Below, one piece after another: positions 12,695 to 23,610 of a DNA stretch of 64,000 nt (position 1 is its first letter; the number at the start of each line of letters is the position of its first letter). The position numbers and the translations under genes were made by a program. The notes under the pieces are model-generated. The model was not told the DNA's origin, searched no databases, and saw nothing but the letters and a program-made list of their open reading frames with translations. Origin of the DNA: Balanoglossus misakiensis (lineage: Eukaryota > Animalia > Hemichordata); assembly GCA_040954595.2 (NCBI GenBank), contig CM082580.2, positions 11,236,909 to 11,300,908 on the forward strand. Direction: 5' to 3'.

Positions 12695-13635
12695 TCAGAA
12701 TGGTCTCCACTGATACCTTTGTAATGTCTCACAAAACACATTGTCAGCCAAAAGGGCAGTCAGAACTAAAAGGTACCAAATTTAAACAAACACTTGATCT
12801 ATAATTATGTGTTTTACTGGGAAACCTTTCATACTTTGCTTTAATACCACTTTCCCCTTTTTCAGCCAGCTTTCAAATACATTTACACATTGCACAGAAA
12901 GCATTTAGAAGGCATAACACAAACTCTTGATTTTACCATTTATGCTACAACTAATCAAGTGTTCGGTTCTTTATCAGTGACACAACGATATATATACAGT
13001 ATATAATTGATAACATAGGACATTAGGTTTGTTGCTATGGAATGCTATTGTACCTCTTGAGGGCGCTATGCAGAGCCCAGCCACCAGACTCTGGACTTTC
13101 TTATTGATCTGATATTGTGATAAATCTTTAGCTGCTTTTCTGGCATGTAAAGTGTAGACATGGATCACACACTAACTCTATAAAGCAAAGTGACCGTGAA
13201 TGGATGTACCATTACTTGAGATATTACATCCATGGGGTGGATGACTCTTTGTACCAATAATAAATAGTGTGCGTTCTACAATTATGTTGTGATACTTGTT
13301 TTTCTTATGACAAATTCCTGCCCATGGCCAGGTTGCTTCTGAGCTCAAGCCACACTTCCCCAGCTACCCCCCCTCCTCCCCACCTTCGCGAAGACCACGC
13401 CCCTTTATACAGACTAGCATGTTCGCTCTCCATTTACGAGGCCACGTACCAAGTTTCTTTGCGCCATAATGGTTTCAATTTTTACTGTCCATAACCACGA
13501 GCTACTGCTGTAGCTATTTAGAAAGACGAGAAGGACGGTTACTAACCTGTAACCTGCTTCCTCGCCAAATCTAAAGCGGTATATGAAGTCATACAGCATT
13601 GTACAGTTTATCAAATCGTCACACTGCTGTGACAT
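12695..13635 (-). CDS. Putative spliced small ORF (~81 aa) upstream of the ankyrin CDS; uORF or separate microprotein gene
   Basis: Exons 13635-13547 (donor GTTAGT), 13139-13054 (acceptor atgcCAG, donor GTACAA), 12765-12695 (acceptor cttTTAG) join in compatible phases 2 and 1: MSQQCDDLINCTMLYDFIYRFRFGEEAGYRKAAKDLSQYQINKKVQSLVAGLCIAPSRVLTALLADNVFCETLQRYQWRPF*. No family recognised. Confidence 0.35.
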
Positions 13636-13720
13636 GTCTTATTTGTTCACAAACGCTATTATACTTGCTGCCGAAGAAAAGCAACACCGCAAAAACATGT
13701 GAGCTGTGCAAAATGTTTAC

Positions 13721-13760
13721 CTTTCATCCTGGGTGTCGCCATCTTGAATCTTTGTTTACG
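13721..13760 (-). promoter_or_regulatory. Probable first exon / promoter-proximal YY1-like motif (AAGATGGCG) of the minus-strand ankyrin transcription unit, divergent from the TRIM gene
   Basis: Minus strand GATTCAAGATGGCGACACCCAGGATGAAAG|GTAAAC; a pyrimidine-rich acceptor follows at 13668; CpG density rises upstream of here. Confidence 0.4.
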
Positions 13761-15332
13761 GGGCGCTATGTCGCAAAAGGGACAGATCGAATGTCGTAAA
13801 ACCAGGTTAATATTATAGAAACACTCAATAGCAACCGAGAAGCACTGGAAATCACCCTTTCCGACTTGTTTTCAAAATGAATGCGGCCCAGATGTTAATA
13901 TATAGGGAAACTTTATTACCAACAGACAGAAATATGTAGTACTGGGTAACCTGAGTTCACGAGGGGTTCTGTTTCACAGAGTGAAGAAAGAAAAATGGCT
14001 TGATACTCGTCGCATTCACTTTAGTGTTAGTAACGACATCAGTACCCCCACTCACTTAAAAATGACCAGTGCCTTATAGCACAGCACGCCGCTGTGTGGT
14101 CACACCTATATCTATAAGTGCGGCCAATAGGTCATTTATACTTTCAGCATAATGGTTTAAATGTATCATCAACGTCCGCTTTATCGTATCATCACAAGAC
14201 CTGTGATCAAAGTTCCAACGCATCTCTGCATTCACGTTGTAATTAAACAATAGGGTCCAATGCAATGCGCATCACATAGATGGTGGATAGTACTTGACTT
14301 GTTTTGCAAACACCTGCAATTTATCTTACTGTGTCATGATAAAGAGACAGCGTTTCATTGGCTATGTACTGGCACCGTGAGAGCCGTTGTGATTTGCATG
14401 CTATTTACATTTATGAATATATAATACAGTTTACTTTCATTTGTCGATTCGCATGAGTACATATTTTGTCTTGCTATCACTTTCCGAGTGAAAAGGTTCG
14501 AACCGCAATACTTTGGGAACAGTGGGCGTCTTTCACCTACTTTTTAAGACTTTGATCGTTAACATGGCTGGACCTAATGGCATCATCGATCGCCTATAAA
14601 ATAATAACAGATTTTTGTGTCCAGTGACCAATCAAGAAGTCTCGTTACAACAACGGTAGCGAGTGTAACAAAGCTTGTCGTTTTTCCGATATGTCATATC
14701 ACAAAACAATATAACTGGATCGCAAATTACACCGCCGGTTTTTCTTTCCTTTTTCAACAACACAAATAACTTTGACATTCGGTGACATGTTCTATTTCAG
14801 CTGACACAAAAGAGCGCAAAGTGCATATTTACTATCTGGCATAATAATATTCAAGTGCGCATGCTTCGAATCCTTCGCAAGGGGTTTTGGGATTAGGAAT
14901 GACGCATTTTCCCACAGTTTATTTTATCAAAATGTCCTAAAAATATAATCAAATAAGCGCTCGGGGTCCGCTTGTCTGTCTGTCAAAAATTTCCGGGTTT
15001 ATGATTAACCAGAAAAGCACGCAAAATTGCCGGCCACCACAGTCACCGTTCGACAAAGGAACAGTTCCTGCCATGTACCTGTAATAATCACATGACACAA
15101 TGACGGCTGCCAAGATACGCCTGTTGACTACTTGTTAAAATGGAGGTTATACCCTGATTACGCAGCAGCGGGCATTTTTATCGGTTGCATATATGAGACA
15201 ATGAACTTGACTTGTGTGGGAATTGAAGAAAATCTTGCGGTTATTTTGAGGAATACGACTAGAATTTCTTAGAGACGGCAAAGCCGTTAGTTGTGATTGC
15301 GACTGCCAACCAGCATTTTCGGACACTGCAGT

Positions 15333-18300
15333 ATGGATCTGTCTAATGCCCTGAGTTGCCCCGTGTGCCTGGATATATACGACACTCCGCTCTTTCTGCC
15401 GTGTTCACACAATCTTTGCAGGAAATGCCTGGAGCCGCTGTTGATCAAAATGAGAGGGAAGGACCGTTTCCAGTTCTCCTGTCCGGAATGCCGACACAAG
15501 GTAAAAACAACTGCGTGTTAGAGTCTCTTCTCATTGTGGCAAAGGCCACTAGAGTCACTTAGAAAAAGTTTTGTTTACGATATAAGAAACGAATCAAATC
15601 ATAAGCGGAAAAAAAGTCAAGCAAGCTTGAATGAGCACATTACCCGAACGAAGGCCACGAACTAGACCGCAGGGTGACCCATTTCACGACACGTAAATTC
15701 ATCCATGTCAACACACACCCACACGGTAAAACTTTTATACGAGTCCACACACCGCAATATTATGATATTATGATCCAAAGGAAAATCATTCATTTAAAAA
15801 TCAACGGCTATGAAATTCGACAATATTAAATGTAGTCCTGTTATATGACAACACATGTGTCTGTGATTTAAGTTACTTTCCTATTCTACGGGGAGATGCG
15901 TCACTTTGTAGACTGTAAGAGAAATATGTTACTGTTTCAAGTGTGAAATAGAGGGAGTATATTTATAGCCTGAGCCATTATACACACATTCCAACGTTGG
16001 TCAGTTCGTGCCTTTACGTACCAGGTGGATGAGGGACTACCTCGTGACTTCGCTCTCCGTAATTTTATAATGTTAAGAATGCGATGTCTCGGAAATGAAC
16101 ACAAAATATCATTGTTTGCTGTAGGTGCTGGGCCGTGTAGTGTTTTATTTGCATTTATAGCTTTATGTTATCAGGTCAAGCACATATAAATCGATCATTC
16201 AGGTCACATTTCAATCATGTATTTTAAATATCTCGATCTCACAAAACAAAACAAAACATAAAACAATACAGCATTGTGTATTTACATGTATATTCCCTGA
16301 AAAAGTGTTCCAATGAAGGTATAATAAGTTTGGAGTTTGGACGTCTTTTTACACGTTTTAAAAATACATGTAATTGAATATAAGGTTATCGAAACTTTTA
16401 GAGTGTGTTTAATTGTTTCGAAGTAAGATATCCGGAGCATTGTATGGCTACTATTGCATCAGCCTTTTCCAACTATATAAAGTTTGTCAGAAAATGTTAT
16501 TACTAATTGGCTCTACCTACATGCCGCTATGTGTGGTTTACTCCGTCAAAGAGCAAACTTTTAACGCCTCAAAAAATGTGTTTTGGCTTTAAAGATGGTG
16601 GTCTCCTCCGTCAGCAACTTGAAGATCAACAGAGGACTGCAATCAATAATCGAACAGTACAGGAATAACACATATGCCATTGACCTTGACAAAGAAGCAG
16701 ACGAAAGCAGCCTATGTGAGGAACATGGCTGCGAGAACCTCCGCTACGTCAGCTACTGCGGGGACTGTTGCGCTCCCGTGTGTTACAAGTGCATGGCCTA
16801 CTCGCACAAAAACCACAACGTCAAAACTCTCGACGAGGCTTGGCGAGAACGCCAGGTAGGTCGACTGCGAACCACTCCATGTCCACTTTAATCAATGTTA
16901 ATAATCGTGATTCTTTATCACTGCGTGTTCTATAAGCCCTGTGTATGTGCGCAGGCGCTAAGGGGCGAGTACGCAAGTCCACACATTACACACGTTGGTT
17001 CACCTGGAAAACGCGCGCGTGCGCGGTTAGTTTTCTCTCGCAGTTTTAATATGCAAAGCAAATGGACTATGACATATTTTCACCATGACACATAGTTTGA
17101 AAACTTGTAAACAACTGTATCACTGGCTATTTTTAATCATGTTGACTATTTTAAGGAGGGATTGATTAATTTATGGCAATATATCAAGAACGCCCCGGCC
17201 ATAAGCCATGCAGGGTACTCCAGAGCCTTGTCCTTTTAAACCACATAGGTATTTACGAGTACAATGTATACTAGCCTACCCTTCATTTCTTTCACTGACA
17301 AAAAATTCTCAAGGGGGTAATTAAACGAAATTCCAAAACATTTCCGTGTCGTGTTAAATAATCACCGTGACAGGGTGGTGAGATTTACATTCATTTTATG
17401 GTTGCAACCAAAGTTCAGTCTGGTCTTGTGAAACAATAGGGGGGAAACTGTGCCAAGTTATTTTGTAAATTCGGCCATACAATGACCACACGATCTGGAA
17501 ACCATTGAGTATTTGGTCACATGGTATACTGATGTCATCTTCGAGAGCTGCTGGCATATGTCCTCCCGTTCCCCTGTTTTTGCTCGGCGTAAAAGAAACA
17601 ATGGGTAACCCGCTCGGGTGCATTTATGTTCGATAACCTAGGTCAAAAATCCTCCCAGTCCATGGTGACCAGTGGTCGGAATGTTGCGACCCATTTACGA
17701 CATCGACAACAACAGTCTTACCTGACTACTGTTTTTTTTACCTGTGCAAACAAACACGCGAACTAAGTGAGATATTCCGGCGAAATCACGGGATTGACAA
17801 TGAGGTATCTATGCAAATATGGTGGCCAACGAAAGAAGGGATAGGACATTATTTCCGACCGGGGGAGGGAGTGGGCAACGAAAATTCGTTCATATTGTCT
17901 ATTGAACAATAACAAACAATATATTTGAGTCGTTTCAATAAAAAGACCGTTATAAAAGCTTGAAAATTTTGCGTTTTATCAACTAAATCTGCCGGTCGCC
18001 TGCCTTTCAAACACGCCATTATAATCTCCGGTGTCGTTTTCTTCCCAGAGAAACTTCCAGTCAAGTCTGAAGAAACTGGAAGCGGAAAATGTTGGGATGG
18101 AGGTATTCCTGTCCAAACTACGTCACATCTCAAAGGAGGTCAAGGTAGGTCAACATTGCCATGTGTATGCATCGTGATCATGTTCGTGTGCCCGGTATCC
18201 ACGGACTTATTGCGTGAATCCGACAGGTGTCCAAATTCACCGTGGGTTCGTGTGAACGTAAACAGCTCGTATGCGCTACTGTCAAGTGGTTAATGCTATG

Positions 18301-21300
18301 ACCGATGTGAAAAATGCGCCGATAAATCTAAACTTCGTGACTGTCTGACGTGACTTTCAACAGCGAACACCAGAAAGCATCCGTTCTAAGTGCAGCGTTG
18401 TACACGTGCTTAGCCACCCTCTCTCATCATTTCCCATTCACAGCAAAACGGAGAAACACAGAAACAGAAGATCTTCTCCGAATGCGACAAACTGGTGCAA
18501 ATAATCGAAGAGAAGAAGCGGGAAATGGTGTCGGAGATCGAAGAGGAGCAGGACGCCAAGCTACTGAGTCTCAAGGAACAGATCAACGAGAACGAGCTTA
18601 AACTGAAGCAGACAGGAAAACATATCAGCATGGCGAAATCTTGCCTGGACTCTGATTTGGCCACTCGGTTAAAGGTAAATGTCATATCTTTTTATTTCAT
18701 CGCATTATCTATACGTGAGCGATAAAAGTCGTATTCAAGTTATCAAAGTTACCGTATTGGATCGATGTAAGTGACATAGAAAAGTTGGTGTTTTTCTGTA
18801 CGCAGGTAGGCCGACCTATTCGAAGTTCAAACTGCGATGCACTTGGACTTTGCCTTGTTTATGACTCGGTTGATCGAAAAGATGTGATTTTCCTTTCTCC
18901 TGCCAGATCGGTGTTTCTCGTCAAGTTTTGACACATGTTTTATTATCTTTTTCTATTCAGGTTTGCCAAGCAATGGATGACAGGTACCGTATAGAGTTCT
19001 CGTCTCGCAGTTTGCGTTATTCTACATTGTGGCGTACAATCACTTCAAAATACACATAAATACAATGTACTGTTAAACAAATCTTCTAACTATGTGACAT
19101 TTCTTCAATCATTGCTATAGTGTAGGTTCATACTTCAAAAATAGAAGAAGTTCTCGCGACTTTTGTCCTCCTGTACCCAAACTAAATTGGTCACGTTATC
19201 AGTCACGCGCCGCTAATCGGATAAACAGAATTAGTTGGGTATCATGGCCGTATCATCCACAGATCACGTCGATAACAGTAACTATTGACATACTTTCACG
19301 GTACGTATTACTGTGACCGTAACACCTTCGTCATTTCAGAATAACCAAGGATGAATTGGAACACTCCGTCTTGATGCCAGTCACTACGTCCGAATTTACT
19401 CCAATAATATTCGACGTATCCACGGAGAACGCAGTATTATCAGACATGTATTTTGTCAAAGGTGGGCTAATTACTATAACAATTACTATGCATCGCATTT
19501 CATACCACACAGTATTTAATAAAGGCCAGAGAAAAAAATGTTCCTCCTTGTTTTGAACTTTTCGAATGAACATGCCACATTGCGCGTTCTTGTAGTTCTG
19601 TCAGTCTCCCTTTCTGTGATCGTTGTTTGTTTTTTCTCTATAGTGAATAAAGTTACATAAGTATATTCGCTCGTCACATCTGTTCTTTTGCCAAAACATA
19701 TTAGTATATTTCCTTTCTGGTACTTGTTTTGTACTGCCCTATAGTTCGAAAAACGTAATCCATGCCTCAGTGGAATTTCAAGTGACAACAAGCTATCTTT
19801 TCAGGGCATGTCAGTCCACAATACAATCGCATGTCAATCATTTGATAAAATCACTATCTCGTGACTATGTAAATTTCAGTACATTTAGAAATAGATGTCT
19901 ATGTGTTGGTAGCCTTTATATCGAGTACGTTTTGGCGAAAAGCTGTCGTTAGTGGCGCTGCGTTGGGTTGCGCCTCCCACGCAAAGCATGATGGTCAGAA
20001 ATCAATGACCTTTGAACTTCCATCGCAGTCCAAAATGGCGACTATTGACGTGGAAGATGAAACGATTCTCACTGCAATATTCAAAGACTCCTTCCCCGAA
20101 CACTGGAGGGACAATCCAGACTTTGGGCTGTACCTGGCGGAACTGAGCTCATACGGCGTTGAGAAATTAAGTCATGAACCCGATCGACTCGCTGAAGATC
20201 GGGCCCAGATTCTGAAAGAGACGCAAGACCTGGCCTTCCACAATTACAAGACCTTCATCCAGACAGCCGAGTGTTCACGTGAGATTTTTAAAGATTTTAG
20301 CAAAGTGGAGCAACATGTGGGTAGTCTGCTTGATAAGTTGCCTGTTCTTACTGACAAGTGCAATAAGTTCATGAAGGACTCGCAAGAAATAAACGCCAGT
20401 CGCAAGATGAACAGCATCACATTGAGCAAGCATCCTCAGTTGTTGGAAATCCTAGAAATTCCGCAACTGATGGATACCTGCGTCAGAAACGGGTACTACG
20501 AGGAGGCGTTGGAACTGGCAACGTACGTCAAACGCCTGGAAAAGAAACACTCGGGCCTGCAAGTCATCCGTGGTATCGTTAACGAAGTCCGCAATTCCAG
20601 TCAATTGATGTTCACCCAGCTTATTCAACAACTGCGGACTAACATACAGCTGCCGGTGTGTCTACGTGTCATCGGTTACCTTCGTCGCATGGACGTGCTG
20701 AATGAACCAGAGCTCAGAATAAAGTTTCTGCAGGCGCGGGATGCCTGGTTCCAGAGTATCATCAATGCTATTCCGACAGACGACGCCTATTTCCACATCA
20801 CCAAAGTCATAGAGGCCAGTCGTGTGCATTTGTTCGACATCATAACGCAATACCGGGCCATCTTTTCAGACGACGACCCGATTCTGTCCAACAACCGTGA
20901 CAGTAACATCAATGAGAGTGCAATATTCCACGGATGGGTGGTAGAGAAAGTTTCTCGTTTCCTAAAAACTCTGGAAGCCGATCTGGAAAAGGGTATAGGC
21001 AGTCGGCTGGACTCCCTGCTGGGACAGTGCATGTATTTCGGTCTGTCGTTCAGTCGCGTTGGCGTTGACTTTCGAGGACTTCTTGCCCCTCTGTTTCAGA
21101 AAGCTGCCCTGAAAACATTTGAATCAGAGGTAAAAGAAGCTGCAAGAAGATTTGAAGAGACAATGCAGTCGTATACTGTCATTGGCACGCCAGCTTCTCT
21201 GTCCAGTACGGTCCTGTCAACCAACTATTCCGCTTCGGAGGGGAGCCTGGCACCTCCCATGGTCCTGATGGACTACCAGCCACTTGCTCTGTACACCAAC

Positions 21301-23610
21301 AACGTACTGACGGCGTTTAACGATCTGCGGCTGTGCGCGCCGATCGCACTGGCCGAGGACGTCGCCCGGGAGCTGCAGAACTCCATGGGCAAGATGGTCG
21401 CCTCCATTCTGGCTTTCCACCGAGCGGAAGAGAGCACCTTCACCAAGCGGGAAGTGGAACTCTTCTGCAAGTTCTGCCAGGTGACGGAGCAGGAAATGGT
21501 GCCGTATCTCTGCCGCTGCCTGAGGGCGCTGTTTCCGCCGTCGTCGGTGGCCGAGGCGCTCGGGGTGTCGGTGTCCGAGTTGGCCAAGTTGGGTAACATT
21601 GGCAGCATCAATCCCGGCGACGTCACCGAACCGCTGGGACCACTCCTGCCAGTGGAGGAGCCACCACCGCCGCCACCACCCATGTCGCCACTGCTGTCAC
21701 CAGCGGAAATAAAAGACGAAGAACCACAGGAGAAAGGGGACCAAGACGAGGAATCGGAACAAGGGGAGGAGTCGCAGAAGGAGGAGGAGGATGCAGCAGA
21801 GAAGGCGGGCGACCCTGACGAATCTGTCAAAGATGAGGAAGCAGAAAGCCAAGTCACTCACCAGCCTGATGAGGACAGCCAGAGCCAACATGAACTCCAG
21901 GAAGGGCAAACGGAGGACAGCAGTGCAGAAAACCAAGCCGTGGAACAGCATGATCAGTACAGTGAAAGAAAGGACGATATCCAGGAAAGTGAAGAGAAAA
22001 CAGAGGACAGTAGTGATGTAGCAGGTTCTAACAGAGATGATGAAAATGTTGACTCTGAAACAGTAGAACAGTCAGAATCCTCCTAGAGAAAGCTGATGAC
22101 ACAGCTGTTTGGAAATACACAGACATTTTGTTATTTTATAGATAAACCGGGAAACATTATTTAATTATAAGCCTCAGAAACCAGGTGCTGCATGTTCTTA
22201 ATAAGAAGGGCAAATTATTGGGAAAAAGAAAGGATTTTGTTCGTCAGAATGACAACTTCAGGTTGCAGTAAATAAAATAACATTTCAGTATTCTTACGAA
22301 TTTAAGTATTTGGTTTTCTGAAAAAAAATGTTTGCATGTAAGGATGAATTCAGAATATCTATTACAGTTATGGTGGTTTTTCTGAAGTACTACATATTGA
22401 TTTTGCATGTTTGATATCAATGAGGACTCTTTTCCATGGTTGCACTTGGAGAAATTGAGAAAAGCTTATCATTGCTAATACATATACATGTACATATTTT
22501 CATTGTAAATCGGGCCTTATCAGCCAATAGAAGTGGTAATAAATGATAATTATGACGGGTGTATTACATGTTATGATTGCTTGTGCTAGATATTCTCTAA
22601 CTTTCTAGTTGCCTTCTCTCTATTAAATATTCCAGACTAAATTTTCATCTGCTTTAACTGACTGCACATAGCTTTCTATACAAAAAAAGAAACTGTATTC
22701 ACTATGCGAGCAAAAGATAACAGTTCTATCATACATGAGGTCCTTAAATGACCTTTGACCTTCCATGAATACCCAAATGTAACACACTGCACACATTATG
22801 TTTATAGCTGAGAAACCGGGACCATCAGATGATGAAATCTGTGAAATTGTGGAAAATTACTCTGGTGGTACTTCTCTGGCCTCGACTTTTTCCAATCTAT
22901 TTAGTCTGAAGCAGAGTGATAAAGGTAAGTGATGACTAATTTAAGTTTAAGTCTGACTGGGATGATATTTGTTTGCATTTCTGTATAAAAATGGTATCCT
23001 TGCATTAACATGCTATTCTACTTGTGACATGCTTCTAGGAATAGAGTTCCAGTTTGATACTCACACGGCCCACAAGTACCTGAGAATCGGTAACCATGGT
23101 TACACAGTGTGCCACGACCGGGAGGGGGCGGAGGAGCGCTGTCTGGATGTACCGTCTTCCGACCGTTTCACCAAACATCCGGTGGTGTTCGCCAACGTGG
23201 GCCTCAGCTACGGCCGCCACTACTGGGAGGTGACGGTCAGCCGGAGCATCTTCTGCCGCGTGGGAGTGGCGTACCCGAACCTGCCGCGCGACCAGGGACT
23301 GGGCGACAACGCCATGTCCTGGTGCTTCGAGAAGTACCTGGAGACCAGGAACGTCATTCATGGCGTGCGCACCCGGGCGCTGGAGGTCCCCCCGAGCTCC
23401 TTCAACAGACTCGGGATATACCTGGACTACAACGGGGGCAAGGTGGCCTTCTTCAACACGAGCACGAAGAAACACTTGTTCACTTTCTACACCAAGTTCG
23501 CCCAGGCGGTCTGTCCGGCGTTCGAGGTCAACAAGGGTGAGATGACCATCTCGACGGGACTGCAGTGGCCGGAGTATGTAGCTGAGAAGATGGGACTGCA
23601 AAGTGAATGA
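15333..23610 (+). CDS. TRIM (RBCC) E3 ubiquitin ligase: RING, B-box2, coiled coil, PRY-SPRY/B30.2; 529 aa
   Basis: Exons 15333-15500 (RING CPVC..CSH..C..C..CPEC), 16595-16855 (B-box CEEH..YCGDC..VCYKC..H..H), 18049-18144 (96 nt), 18444-18674 (231 nt), 18961-18983 (23 nt), 19340-19461, 22808-22924, 23039-23610 (FDTHTAHKYL, GRHYWEV, RLGIYLDY..GKVAFFN). Phases compatible, total 1590 nt. Confidence 0.9.
20035..22086 (+). CDS. COG8: Conserved oligomeric Golgi complex subunit 8 (Dor1 family), intronless, 683 aa, nested in TRIM intron 6 on the same strand
   Basis: Hallmark COG8 segments: EPDRLAEDRAQIL..TQDLAFHNYKTFI, LLEILEIPQLMDTCVRNGYYEEAL, LRVIGYLRRM, LFDIITQYRAIF, LDSLLGQCMYFGLSFSRVGVDFR, AFNDLRLCAP. 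Strong start context AAAATGGCG at 20035; uninterrupted ORF; AATAAA at 22271-22276 and 22538-22543. Confidence 0.96.
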   Translation: MATIDVEDETILTAIFKDSFPEHWRDNPDFGLYLAELSSYGVEKLSHEPDRLAEDRAQILKETQDLAFHNYKTFIQTAECSREIFKDFSKVEQHVGSLLDKLPVLTDKCNKFMKDSQEINASRKMNSITLSKHPQLLEILEIPQLMDTCVRNGYYEEALELATYVKRLEKKHSGLQVIRGIVNEVRNSSQLMFTQLIQQLRTNIQLPVCLRVIGYLRRMDVLNEPELRIKFLQARDAWFQSIINAIPTDDAYFHITKVIEASRVHLFDIITQYRAIFSDDDPILSNNRDSNINESAIFHGWVVEKVSRFLKTLEADLEKGIGSRLDSLLGQCMYFGLSFSRVGVDFRGLLAPLFQKAALKTFESEVKEAARRFEETMQSYTVIGTPASLSSTVLSTNYSASEGSLAPPMVLMDYQPLALYTNNVLTAFNDLRLCAPIALAEDVARELQNSMGKMVASILAFHRAEESTFTKREVELFCKFCQVTEQEMVPYLCRCLRALFPPSSVAEALGVSVSELAKLGNIGSINPGDVTEPLGPLLPVEEPPPPPPPMSPLLSPAEIKDEEPQEKGDQDEESEQGEESQKEEEDAAEKAGDPDESVKDEEAESQVTHQPDEDSQSQHELQEGQTEDSSAENQAVEQHDQYSERKDDIQESEEKTEDSSDVAGSNRDDENVDSETVEQSESS

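Noticed and set aside
19903-20034. ORF-track start of COG8 at 19903
   Set aside because: Non-ATG start; homology and Kozak context point to ATG 20035. Kept only as a possible fusion linker
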